DNA of 53,683 nucleotides from an uncultured Frankiales bacterium (lineage in GTDB: Bacteria; Actinomycetota; Actinomycetes; Mycobacteriales; SCTD01). The notes beneath the pieces were generated by a model. The model had not been told where the DNA came from. It ran no database searches and saw only the letters and a list, made by a program, of their open reading frames with translations. The stretch covers positions 1-53,683 of the forward strand of contig CBIHPE010000002.1 of assembly GCA_966212015.1 (NCBI GenBank), written 5' to 3'. The translations under genes were made by a program, and so were the position numbers. Shown piece after piece: positions 9,034 to 16,360 of this stretch; positions within the stretch are counted from its first letter, which is position 1, and each line of letters starts with the position of its first letter.

Positions 9034-9551
9034 GCGATGCCCCGCTCGCGCAGGTAGGTGAGGATCTGGTCGACCGACTCCTCGAGCGTCTGCTCGTGGG
9101 TCTTGACGACCAGCTCCGGGCTCGTCGGGACCTCGTACGGGTCGTCGACGCCGGTCAGCCCGCTGATCTCGCCCGACGCCTGCTTGGCGTAGAGGCCCTT
9201 CACGTCCCGCTCGGAGCACACCTCGACCGGCGTGGCCACGTGCACCTCGATGAAGGTGGCGCCCTTGTCCTCGTGGAGCTTGCGCACGGCGGCGCGCGTC
9301 TCGGCGTACGGCGAGATGACGCTCGCGAACACCGTCACGCCGTGCTTGGCGAGCGTCGAGGCGACCCAGCCGATCCGCAGCACGTTGGTGTCGCGGTCCT
9401 CGCGGGTGAAGCCGAGGCCCTTGGTGAGGAACTCACGGACCTCGTCCCCGTCGAGGACCTCCACCCGGCCGTCAAGGTGCTTGCTCACGGCCTTGGCGAG
9501 CGTGGTCTTGCCCGCGCTGGGCAGCCCGGTGAGCCACACGGTCGCTGTCAC
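9030..9551 (-). CDS. cysC: Adenylylsulfate (APS) kinase
   Basis: GTG start lies downstream of a GGAGGA Shine-Dalgarno. P-loop GLPSAGKTT is present. ATGA overlap with cysD. Confidence 0.9.
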   Translation of the reverse strand: MTATVWLTGLPSAGKTTLAKAVSKHLDGRVEVLDGDEVREFLTKGLGFTREDRDTNVLRIGWVASTLAKHGVTVFASVISPYAETRAAVRKLHEDKGATFIEVHVATPVEVCSERDVKGLYAKQASGEISGLTGVDDPYEVPTSPELVVKTHEQTLEESVDQILTYLRERGIA

Positions 9552-9574
9552 AGTCCATCCTCCGAGAACAAAAC

Positions 9575-9588
9575 TAGAACGGGTTCTA
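9575..9588. promoter_or_regulatory. Perfect palindrome TAGAAC-GG-GTTCTA, 24 nt upstream of the cysC start
   Basis: Read directly from the sequence. It is an unusually A/T-rich 14-mer for this genome. Confidence 0.4.
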
Positions 9589-9652
9589 CCAAGGTAGCGG
9601 CCACTGGCCGCTGGCGGAACTCTTCTCAGGAGTGACAGGCGGCACTCGTCAC

Positions 9653-9784
9653 GCGCAGCAGGTCGACGTGCCTGCGCGAGACGAGGACTGTTGCGATCAC
9701 GTGAAGAGTCTGGCACAGGGCGCATGGCAGACTGGAGCCGTGGGGCTCATTCTCGTGTGTCGACGCCACGTCGACTTGAAGCGC
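9653..9784. promoter_or_regulatory. Long-range inverted repeat in the cysC/sirA divergent control region
   Basis: GCGCAGCAGGTCGACGTG (9653-9670) matches the reverse complement of CACGTCGACTTGAAGCGC (9767-9784) at 15 of 18 positions, or 16 of 18 allowing G.U. It encloses 96 nt that contain a second hairpin, AGTCTGGCA/TGGCAGACT at 9707-9733. Confidence 0.45.
9759..9775. promoter_or_regulatory. 7-3-7 perfect palindrome GTCGACG-CCA-CGTCGAC; candidate dimeric operator
   Basis: Read directly from the sequence. It lies 78 nt upstream of the sirA TTG start. Confidence 0.4.
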
Positions 9785-9852
9785 ACAGCCAGCGCTGTCT
9801 GTTCCGCTCGCGCCTGACTCCTCCCCCACCCGTCTCTACCTAGGAGAACCCT

Positions 9853-11484
9853 TTGCCCGCCGTCCGCGGACAGGGTCAGTGGGCGCTCGGCTACCGCGAG
9901 CCCCTCAACCCCAACGAGCAGGTCAAGAAGGACAGCAACCCGCTGACCGTCAAGCAGCGCGTGCTGGACATCTACAGCAAGCAGGGCTTCAACAGCATCG
10001 ACGGCGCGGACCTCCGCGGCCGGCTGCGCTGGTACGGCCTCTACACGCAGCGCGCCGACGGCATCCCCGGCGGCAAGACGGCCATCCTCGAACCGGAGGA
10101 GCTCGAGGCGCCGTTCTTCATGCTGCGCGTGCGCATCGACGGCGGCCAGCTCACCTCCGAGCAGCTGAAGGTCATCGGCGGCATCGCCACCGAGTTCGGC
10201 CGCGACGTCGCCGACGTCACCGACCGGCAGAACGTGCAGCTGCACTGGATCCGCATCGAGGACGTCCCCGAGATCTGGGAGCGCCTCGACGCCGTCGGCC
10301 TCTACACGACCGAGGCCTGCGGCGACTCCCCCCGCGTCATCCTCGGCTGCCCCCTCAGCGGGGTCTCGGCCGACGAGGTCCTCAACGGGGACCCGGCGGT
10401 CAAGGAGGTCGCCGCGAAGTACCTCGGCGACCCGGCGTACTCGAACCTCCCGCGCAAGTTCAAGACCTCGATCAGCGGCTGCGCGCAGCACTGCACCAAC
10501 CACGAGATCAACGACATCGCGCTCGTCGGCGTCGTCCACCCCGAGCTCGGCCCGGGCTACGACCTGTGGGTCGGCGGCGGCCTGTCGACGAACCCGAAGT
10601 TCGCCGTGCGGCTCGGGGCGTTCGTCGAGCCGTCGCGCGTCGCCGAGGCCTGGGAGGGTGTGATCTCGGTCTTCCGCGACTACGGCTACCGCCGCTCGCG
10701 CAACCACGCCCGCCTGAAGTTCCTCATGGCCGACTGGGGCCCGGAGAAGTTCCGCTCCGTGCTCGAGTCGGAGTACCTCAAGGCTCCGCTCCCCGACGGA
10801 CCGGAGCCGGACCCGACCGTCGGCAACCGCGACCACGTGGGCGTGCACGACCAGGGCAACGGGCTCAAGTACGTCGGCGTGGTCCCGCGCGCCGGCCGCA
10901 CCAGCGGCTCGCAGCTCACGCGCGTGGCCGAGCTGGCCGAGCGCCTCGGCGGCGGCCGCGTGTCGACGACGGCGCAGCAGGGCCTGGTCCTGCTGGACGT
11001 CCCGACCGACAGCGTCGACGAGGTCGTCGCCGCCCTGGAGGCCGAGGACCTGCGCGTCAAGCCGTCGGTGTTCCGCCGCGGCACGATGGCCTGCACGGGC
11101 TTGGAGTTCTGCAAGCTCGCGATCGTCGAGACCAAGGCCCGGGCCGTCGACCTCTACACCGAGCTCGAGCAGCGGCTGCCGGACTTCCCGGAGCCGATCT
11201 CGATCAACGTCAACGGCTGCCCCAACTCCTGCGCCCGGTTCCAGACCGCCGACATCGGCCTCAAGGGCTCGATCGTGTCCGACGCGGAGGGCTTCCAGGT
11301 CCACCTCGGCGGCTCGATGGGCAAGGACGCCGGCTTCGGACGCAAGGCCCGCGGCCTCAAGGTCACGGCCGACGGTGCCGCCGACTACGTCGAGCGGATC
11401 CTCAAGACCTACCTGGCGGAGCGCGCCGAGGGCGACTCCTTCGCCACGTGGGTGCGGGGAGCCGACGAAGCCCTGCTGAAGTAG
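9853..11484 (+). CDS. sirA: Ferredoxin-dependent sulfite reductase (NirA/SirA type sirohaem-[4Fe-4S] enzyme)
   Basis: TTG start follows an AGGAGA Shine-Dalgarno. The 543-aa product has nitrite/sulfite reductase repeats and the Cys cluster motifs TGLEFCKLA and NGCPNSCAR. Confidence 0.92.
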   Translation: MPAVRGQGQWALGYREPLNPNEQVKKDSNPLTVKQRVLDIYSKQGFNSIDGADLRGRLRWYGLYTQRADGIPGGKTAILEPEELEAPFFMLRVRIDGGQLTSEQLKVIGGIATEFGRDVADVTDRQNVQLHWIRIEDVPEIWERLDAVGLYTTEACGDSPRVILGCPLSGVSADEVLNGDPAVKEVAAKYLGDPAYSNLPRKFKTSISGCAQHCTNHEINDIALVGVVHPELGPGYDLWVGGGLSTNPKFAVRLGAFVEPSRVAEAWEGVISVFRDYGYRRSRNHARLKFLMADWGPEKFRSVLESEYLKAPLPDGPEPDPTVGNRDHVGVHDQGNGLKYVGVVPRAGRTSGSQLTRVAELAERLGGGRVSTTAQQGLVLLDVPTDSVDEVVAALEAEDLRVKPSVFRRGTMACTGLEFCKLAIVETKARAVDLYTELEQRLPDFPEPISINVNGCPNSCARFQTADIGLKGSIVSDAEGFQVHLGGSMGKDAGFGRKARGLKVTADGAADYVERILKTYLAERAEGDSFATWVRGADEALLK

Positions 11485-11637
11485 ATGAGCGAGCGCGCAG
11501 CACCCGCGTACTGCCCCTACTGCGGCGAGGAGGAGCTGGTCCCCTGGGGCGCGCTCACCGAGCACGCGCAGTGGAAGTGCGAGGCGTGCCTGCGGGTCTT
11601 CGAGGTCCGCTACAAGGGCATGACCGGCCGCGAGTGA
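11485..11637 (+). CDS. 50-aa CxxC...CxxC zinc-ribbon protein (CysX-like); absent from the ORF track
   Basis: The ATG abuts the sirA stop as TAGATG. Product: MSERAAPAYCPYCGEEELVPWGALTEHAQWKCEACLRVFEVRYKGMTGRE. Nearly every codon ends in G or C, matching local coding bias. Confidence 0.78.
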   Translation: MSERAAPAYCPYCGEEELVPWGALTEHAQWKCEACLRVFEVRYKGMTGRE

Positions 11638-11643
11638 GGCCTG

Positions 11644-11693
11644 TTGCGTCCGCCCGACCGCTGCGCTGAGGTTGTCCACGTGAGCGGACGCAA
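11644..11693 (+). terminator. Hairpin TTGCGTCCGC ... GCGGACGCAA (10-bp stem, 30-nt loop) after the small ORF
   Basis: Read directly from the sequence. There is no U-tract, and the right arm ends 3 nt before the next GTG start. Confidence 0.35.
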
Positions 11694-11696
11694 GCG

Positions 11697-12200
11697 GTGA
11701 TCAGCATCGGGCGGCTCGTGCTGCGCCAGTGGCAGGACAGCGACCGCGAGCCCTACGCCGCGCTCAACGCCGACCCGCACACCATGCGGTTCTTCCCGCG
11801 TCCGTTCACCCGCGAGGAGTCCGACGCTCAGGTCGACCGGTTCGCCGAGCACATCGACCAGCTCGGCTACGGGTTCTGGGCCGTCGAGATCGGCGGCGAG
11901 CTCGCCGGCTTCACGGGCGTCAGCTGGGCCGAGGGCCTGCCCTTCTCGCCCGCGCTCGAGATCGGCTGGCGGTTCGCCCAGCGCTTCTGGGGCCACGGCT
12001 ACGCGACGGAGGCGGCCCGGGCAGCCCTGTCGGTCGGGTTCCTGCACGCCGACGAGATCGTGAGCTTCACGGCCGTCCTGAACGAGCCGTCCTGGCGCGT
12101 GATGGAGCGCCTCGGCATGCGGCGCGACGGCGAGTTCGACCACCCGCGGGTGCCGGCGGACAGCCCGCTCCGGCGCCACGTCCTCTACCGGACTCCCTGA
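11697..12200 (+). CDS. GNAT-family N-acetyltransferase (RimJ/RimL-like)
   Basis: The 167-aa product shows RimJ-like features: LRQWQDSD at the N-terminus, a WGHGYATEAARA acetyl-CoA motif region and NEPSWRVMERLGM. Confidence 0.85.
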   Translation: MISIGRLVLRQWQDSDREPYAALNADPHTMRFFPRPFTREESDAQVDRFAEHIDQLGYGFWAVEIGGELAGFTGVSWAEGLPFSPALEIGWRFAQRFWGHGYATEAARAALSVGFLHADEIVSFTAVLNEPSWRVMERLGMRRDGEFDHPRVPADSPLRRHVLYRTP

Positions 12201-12209
12201 GCCGCGAAG

Positions 12210-12256
12210 GGATACGGGCACTCGAAAATCGGACCGAAAACCGTGTGCCCGTATCC
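12210..12256. terminator. Bidirectional terminator-like hairpin between the convergent GNAT and cysH genes
   Basis: Perfect 12-bp stem GGATACGGGCAC / GTGCCCGTATCC with a 23-nt A-rich loop. Confidence 0.7.
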
Positions 12257-12273
12257 AGTCACGGTGGCAAGCG

Positions 12274-12993
12274 TCAGACGTGCAGGCCGCACTCGGACTT
12301 CTGGGAGCCCTTCCAGCGACCTGAGCGGGGGTCCTCACCAGGGGCGACGCGGAAGGTGCAGGGCCGGCAGCCGATCGACGGGTAGCCGTCCTCGGCGAGC
12401 GGGTTGACGAGGATGTCGTTGTCCTCGATGTAGGCGTCGACGTCGGCCTGGGTCCACGCGGCGATCGGGTTGACCTTGACCATCTGGCGCTTCTCGTCCC
12501 ACTGCACGACGGGGGTGTCGGCACGGGACGGGGACTCGTCGCGCCGGACGCCTGAGGCGTAGGCGTCGTAGCCCTCGAGGGCGCGCCCGAGCGGCTCGAC
12601 CTTGCGCAGCGCGCAGCAGCGGTCGGGGTCGGTCTTCCAGAGGTCCTTGCCCTCGGCCTCGTCCTGCTGCGCCACGGTGAGCAGGGGCAGCACCGTGCGG
12701 ACGTTGACGTCGTAGACGAAGTCGACGGCGTCGCGGGTGCCGATTGTCTCGGGGAAGTGGTAGCCGGTGTCGAGGAAGATGACGTCGATCCCGGGCTTGA
12801 CGCTCGCGGCCAGCGACGGCATCACGCCGTCACCCATCGAGGACGACAGGCAGAAGCGGTCACCGAACGTGTCAGCCGCCCAGCGCAGGATCTCCTGCGG
12901 GCTCTTGCCCTCGAGATCGCGCGCGGCCTGCTCGGCCACCGTCTTCAGGTCCACACCACCATCCAACCAGCGAGGTGAAAGGCTGATTCCCAT
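12274..12993 (-). CDS. cysH: Adenylylsulfate (APS/PAPS) reductase, thioredoxin-dependent, Fe-S type
   Basis: C-terminal ECGLH motif is present, plus CC...CRPC cysteines typical of the APS-reductase [4Fe-4S] form. The start is uncertain: the ATG at 12993 is reported, but the GTG at 12954 is equally plausible. Confidence 0.9.
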   Translation of the reverse strand: MGISLSPRWLDGGVDLKTVAEQAARDLEGKSPQEILRWAADTFGDRFCLSSSMGDGVMPSLAASVKPGIDVIFLDTGYHFPETIGTRDAVDFVYDVNVRTVLPLLTVAQQDEAEGKDLWKTDPDRCCALRKVEPLGRALEGYDAYASGVRRDESPSRADTPVVQWDEKRQMVKVNPIAAWTQADVDAYIEDNDILVNPLAEDGYPSIGCRPCTFRVAPGEDPRSGRWKGSQKSECGLHV

Positions 12994-13627
12994 GGTGCCA
13001 GCCGTCGTCACGCTGCACGTGTGGCGCGTGCCACTCGCACGGGTGCCGCAGGTGTTGCGCGACGCGCGCAGGCGGCAGCCCGGCATGGCCTTCAGCAAGG
13101 CGCTCGGCACCGGTCACGGGTTCCTCCCGCACCAGGCGGACCTCACCCGCTGGGCCCGCCTGAGCACCTGGTCCCGGCCTCCGGACGACAGCCCGCTGCG
13201 CTACGCCACCGAGTCGTGGCGGGTGGACCTGCGGCCGCTGCGCAGCCGCGGGCAGTGGTCGCGGCAGGAGCCGTTCGGGTCCCCGCGGGACGAGCACGCT
13301 GGTACGACGGCGGTGCTGACCCGAGCCCGGCTCCGGCCGTCGAGGGCGGCCCGGTTCTGGTCCGCCGTCCCGGCTGTCACCCGTTCGCTCGACGGCGTGC
13401 CCGGCGTTCGGGTGTCTCTCGCCGTCGGCGAGGCGCCGATAGGGCTGCAGGGCACCTTCAGCGTCTGGGACTCTGCCGAGCAGCTGCAGGCCTTCGCCCA
13501 CACGGGCGCGCACAGGGACGTGGTGGTTCGGACTCCGGAGGAGAAGTGGTACGCCGAAGAGCTCTTCGCGCGCTTCGCCGTGGAGGCGAGCGAGGGGACG
13601 CTGGACGGCCGGGACCCCCTCGCATGA
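12992..13627 (+). CDS. Spheroidene-monooxygenase (CrtA)-like protein
   Basis: The N-terminus VVTLHVWRVP and the ...LRPLRSRGQWSRQEPFG pattern match my recollection of actinobacterial 'spheroidene monooxygenase' homologues. A GAAAGG Shine-Dalgarno lies upstream. The family assignment is from memory only. Confidence 0.55.
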   Translation: MVPAVVTLHVWRVPLARVPQVLRDARRRQPGMAFSKALGTGHGFLPHQADLTRWARLSTWSRPPDDSPLRYATESWRVDLRPLRSRGQWSRQEPFGSPRDEHAGTTAVLTRARLRPSRAARFWSAVPAVTRSLDGVPGVRVSLAVGEAPIGLQGTFSVWDSAEQLQAFAHTGAHRDVVVRTPEEKWYAEELFARFAVEASEGTLDGRDPLA

Positions 13628-14142
13628 CGCTCGTGAGCTGGAGCAGGGACGAGCTGGCGGCGCGCGCGGACGACGTCCTCGACGTCTACGCCGACGCGAT
13701 GGAGGTGTCCCGGGGCGCGGCCCGCTCCCGCCGGTCCGTCCTCGCCGCGCACCTGGACCGCCCGGGGCTGAAGGCGGTCGCCGCGCTCGACGGCGAACGG
13801 CTCATCGGGATCGCCTACGGCTACCAGGGCGCGCCCGGGCAGTGGTGGCACGACCACGTGCGCGCCGCGATGGGGCCGCGGCTCGCGCAGGAGTGGCTGC
13901 GCGACGCGTTCGAGGTGTGCGAGCTCCACGTCCGGCCGCCCTTCCAGCAGCAGGGCATCGGCCGTGACCTGCTCGTCCAGCTGCTGTCGCAGACCCGCGC
14001 CCTGACGGCCGTGCTGACCACGCCCGACGCGGAGACCAGGGCGCGCACCTTCTACCGCGACGGCGGCTGGGTCGACCTGGTCCGCGACCTGCGCTTCCCC
14101 GGAGACCCCCGCAGCTTCGCGGTCCTCGGCCTCGCTCTGTGA
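13624..14142 (+). CDS. GNAT-family acetyltransferase
   Basis: ATGA overlap with the upstream gene. An acetyl-CoA-binding motif region, VRPPFQQQGIGRDLL, is present. Confidence 0.8.
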   Translation: MTLVSWSRDELAARADDVLDVYADAMEVSRGAARSRRSVLAAHLDRPGLKAVAALDGERLIGIAYGYQGAPGQWWHDHVRAAMGPRLAQEWLRDAFEVCELHVRPPFQQQGIGRDLLVQLLSQTRALTAVLTTPDAETRARTFYRDGGWVDLVRDLRFPGDPRSFAVLGLAL

Positions 14143-15623
14143 GGGCGGTCGTGGTCGGCGCGGGCCACAACGGCTTGGTCGCGGCCTGCTATCTCGCGCG
14201 CGCCGGCGTCGACGTCACCGTCCTCGAGCGGGACACCGTCGTCGGCGGTGCCGTCAGCACCGTCGAGCGGTGGCCCGGCTACCGCGTCGACCGCGGCTCG
14301 AGCGCCCACGTGATGGTGCGGCACACCGGGATCATCGAGGACCTGGCGCTCGACGTCACCTACCAGGACCTCGACCCGTGGGGCTGGACCCCGTACGGCG
14401 ACATCACCTTCCACGTCGACCTCGACCAGACCTGCGAGAGCATCGAGAAGGCCTGCGGCACAAGGGATGCGGAGGCCTACCGCGCCTTCGCCCTGGACTG
14501 GGGCCAGCGCAACAGCAAGGTGTTCGAGGCGTTCCAGGGCGCCCCCACGCCGGGTCGGCTGGGAAAGGCGATCTGGGGCGCAGGCAAGGGCACCGGACTG
14601 CCCGGCGTCGAGCTGGCGCGGCAGTTCCTGACCAGCGCCGACTCGCTGCTGGACAGCCTCTTCGACGACGAGCGGCTCAAGACCGCCCTGGCCTGGATGG
14701 GCAGCCAGTCCGGCCCGCCGACCCACGAGCCGGCGACAGCTGACCTGGTGGGGTGGAACACCGTCATGCACCAGCTGGCACCGGGCCACCCCGTCGGCGG
14801 CAGCGGCGCCCTGAGCGAAGCCCTGCAGCAGCGGCTCGAGTCGTACGGCGGGCGGGTGCTGCTCGGGCACGCGGCGACGCGCGTGACCCCGACCGGGGTC
14901 GAGACGCCTGCGGCCTTCCACCCCGCCGACGTGGTCGTCGGCGCCTGCCACGTCCTCACGTTCCTCGAGCTGGCAGGCGACCCGCGGCTGGAACGAGCCC
15001 GGCGCACCGTGCGGGTCGGCAACGGGATCGGCATGGTCGTCCGCCTCGCGACCAGCGCCCTGCCCGACTACCCGCGCCCGGACACGTACCGGACGATGCA
15101 GCTGCTCTGCGAGAGCCGCGAGCAGCTGCGGCTCGCCTTCGGCCAGTACGGTGCCGGTCTCGTCCCCGACGACCCACCGGCGCTCGCGATGACCTTCAGC
15201 GCGTTCGACGACACCCTCGCCCCGCCGGGCAAGCACAACGTGACCGTCTGGGGCCAGTGGCACCCGTACGCGCTGAAGCACGAGCGGTGGGAGGACATCC
15301 GCCAGCGCGAGGGCGAGAAGCTCGTCCGGGCGGTCGACCGGGTCGCTCCCGGCTTCGCCGACACGGTCGAGCGGATGCACGTCCAGACCCCCGTGGACCT
15401 GGAGCGCGAGCTCGGTCTGCTGAACGGCCAGGTGATGCACCTGGAGATGGGGCTGGACCAGATGTTCGCGTGGCGCCCGCTCCCCGAGCTCGCTGGTCAT
15501 CGCCTCGGTGATGGGCGCTACCTGTGCGGCGCCTCGACACACCCGGGTGGTGGGGTGTTCGGTGCTAGTGGACGGACCGTCGCCCAGCTGGTCCTCAAGG
15601 ACAGGAGACGCAGACGTGGCTGA
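14139..15623 (+). CDS. CrtI-family FAD-dependent oxidoreductase (phytoene-desaturase-related; ketolase or desaturase candidate)
   Basis: GTGA overlap with the upstream gene. N-terminal dinucleotide fold VVVGAGHNGLVAACYLARAG is present, with the C-terminal CrtI signature STHPGGGVFGASG. Confidence 0.85.
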   Translation: MRAVVVGAGHNGLVAACYLARAGVDVTVLERDTVVGGAVSTVERWPGYRVDRGSSAHVMVRHTGIIEDLALDVTYQDLDPWGWTPYGDITFHVDLDQTCESIEKACGTRDAEAYRAFALDWGQRNSKVFEAFQGAPTPGRLGKAIWGAGKGTGLPGVELARQFLTSADSLLDSLFDDERLKTALAWMGSQSGPPTHEPATADLVGWNTVMHQLAPGHPVGGSGALSEALQQRLESYGGRVLLGHAATRVTPTGVETPAAFHPADVVVGACHVLTFLELAGDPRLERARRTVRVGNGIGMVVRLATSALPDYPRPDTYRTMQLLCESREQLRLAFGQYGAGLVPDDPPALAMTFSAFDDTLAPPGKHNVTVWGQWHPYALKHERWEDIRQREGEKLVRAVDRVAPGFADTVERMHVQTPVDLERELGLLNGQVMHLEMGLDQMFAWRPLPELAGHRLGDGRYLCGASTHPGGGVFGASGRTVAQLVLKDRRRRRG

Positions 15624-16062
15624 CCTCTTCGAGGTGCTGCTCGTGGACGGCGACCGCACCTGGCACGCAGGCTGGATCGTCGACGACGAGACCGAGACCG
15701 ACCTGCTGCTCCGCGAGAACGGCGACCTGCTCCTGTTCGGCACCCGCGCGGGGCTCGAGCACCACGCCCAGGAGCACAAGCTCGTGCTCCTCGACGACCT
15801 GCCTGACGAGATCGACCTGACGCTCGAGGGCTGGCTCACCGGCGACGGCCCCGAGCCCGACCAGGGCGAGGTGTCGGCGCTCTGGCACCTGCTCATCGAC
15901 GACCCCGTCGCGAGCCACGCGCTGGGGGGCGAGGAGCTCGGGGAGGCCTACGACGACCTCATCGACGAGGCGCCGGACTGGTTCGCAACGCACGGCGCGG
16001 CGGTGCAGGCCGCGCTCCGCGACGCGGTGGCGCTGCTGAGGAAACGGGTCCGCACCGGCTGA
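15616..16062 (+). CDS. Acidic hypothetical protein (148 aa)
   Basis: GTG start follows an AGGAGA Shine-Dalgarno and overlaps the upstream stop by 8 nt. Third-position GC is high. I recognise no family. Confidence 0.6.
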   Translation: MADLFEVLLVDGDRTWHAGWIVDDETETDLLLRENGDLLLFGTRAGLEHHAQEHKLVLLDDLPDEIDLTLEGWLTGDGPEPDQGEVSALWHLLIDDPVASHALGGEELGEAYDDLIDEAPDWFATHGAAVQAALRDAVALLRKRVRTG

Positions 16063-16145
16063 GTGCTGCAGATCACAGCGTCTCGAATGGATACTTTGGC
16101 ACCCAGTGCCGAAAGTAGGGGTGCAAGCTCTGGAAGGAGCGCACC

Positions 16146-16343
16146 ATGAGCACCATCTCCCTCGAGACCGGGCCCGTCCTGGTCAGCGACCTCCCCCCGG
16201 TCACCATGGCCGTCCCCGGCTTCCTCGGCGTCATCGGTGGCCGCTTCGCGAAGACCCGCGAGCGCCGAGCGTTCGAGCGGGCCGTGCGGCTCGCGGGGCC
16301 GAACGAGCACATCGACCTGCTGACGCAGGCCCGCCGCCAGTAG
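16146..16343 (+). CDS. Small hypothetical protein (65 aa)
   Basis: A strong GGAAGGAG Shine-Dalgarno lies 6 nt upstream of the ATG. Almost every codon ends in G or C. Confidence 0.65.
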   Translation: MSTISLETGPVLVSDLPPVTMAVPGFLGVIGGRFAKTRERRAFERAVRLAGPNEHIDLLTQARRQ

Positions 16344-16360
16344 CACCTAGGGTCGGCGTC

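Noticed and set aside
9711-9729. TGGCA-N9-TGGCA in the sirA leader, reminiscent of a sigma-54 -24 element.
   Set aside because: There is no TTGC -12 element at the proper spacing, and Actinomycetota generally lack RpoN. The two pentamers are better explained as parts of the 9707-9733 hairpin arms.
9841-9855. The 10-mer TAGGAGAACC is repeated at 9841-9850 and 43321-43330.
   Set aside because: Both copies are simply strong Shine-Dalgarno regions placed before TTG start codons (sirA and the DAG kinase). There is no extended similarity beyond the 10-mer.
12991-12994. CATG 'shared start codon' pattern of divergent gene pairs, seen three times: 12991-12994 (cysH/crtA-like), 47411-47414 (permease/trkA) and 52766-52769 (dut/DUF3093).
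   Set aside because: For dut and the permease, comparison with the N-termini I remember for homologues favours downstream GTG starts (52741 and 47368). The overlap is therefore a longest-ORF artefact. Only the cysH case remains ambiguous, and it is reported separately.
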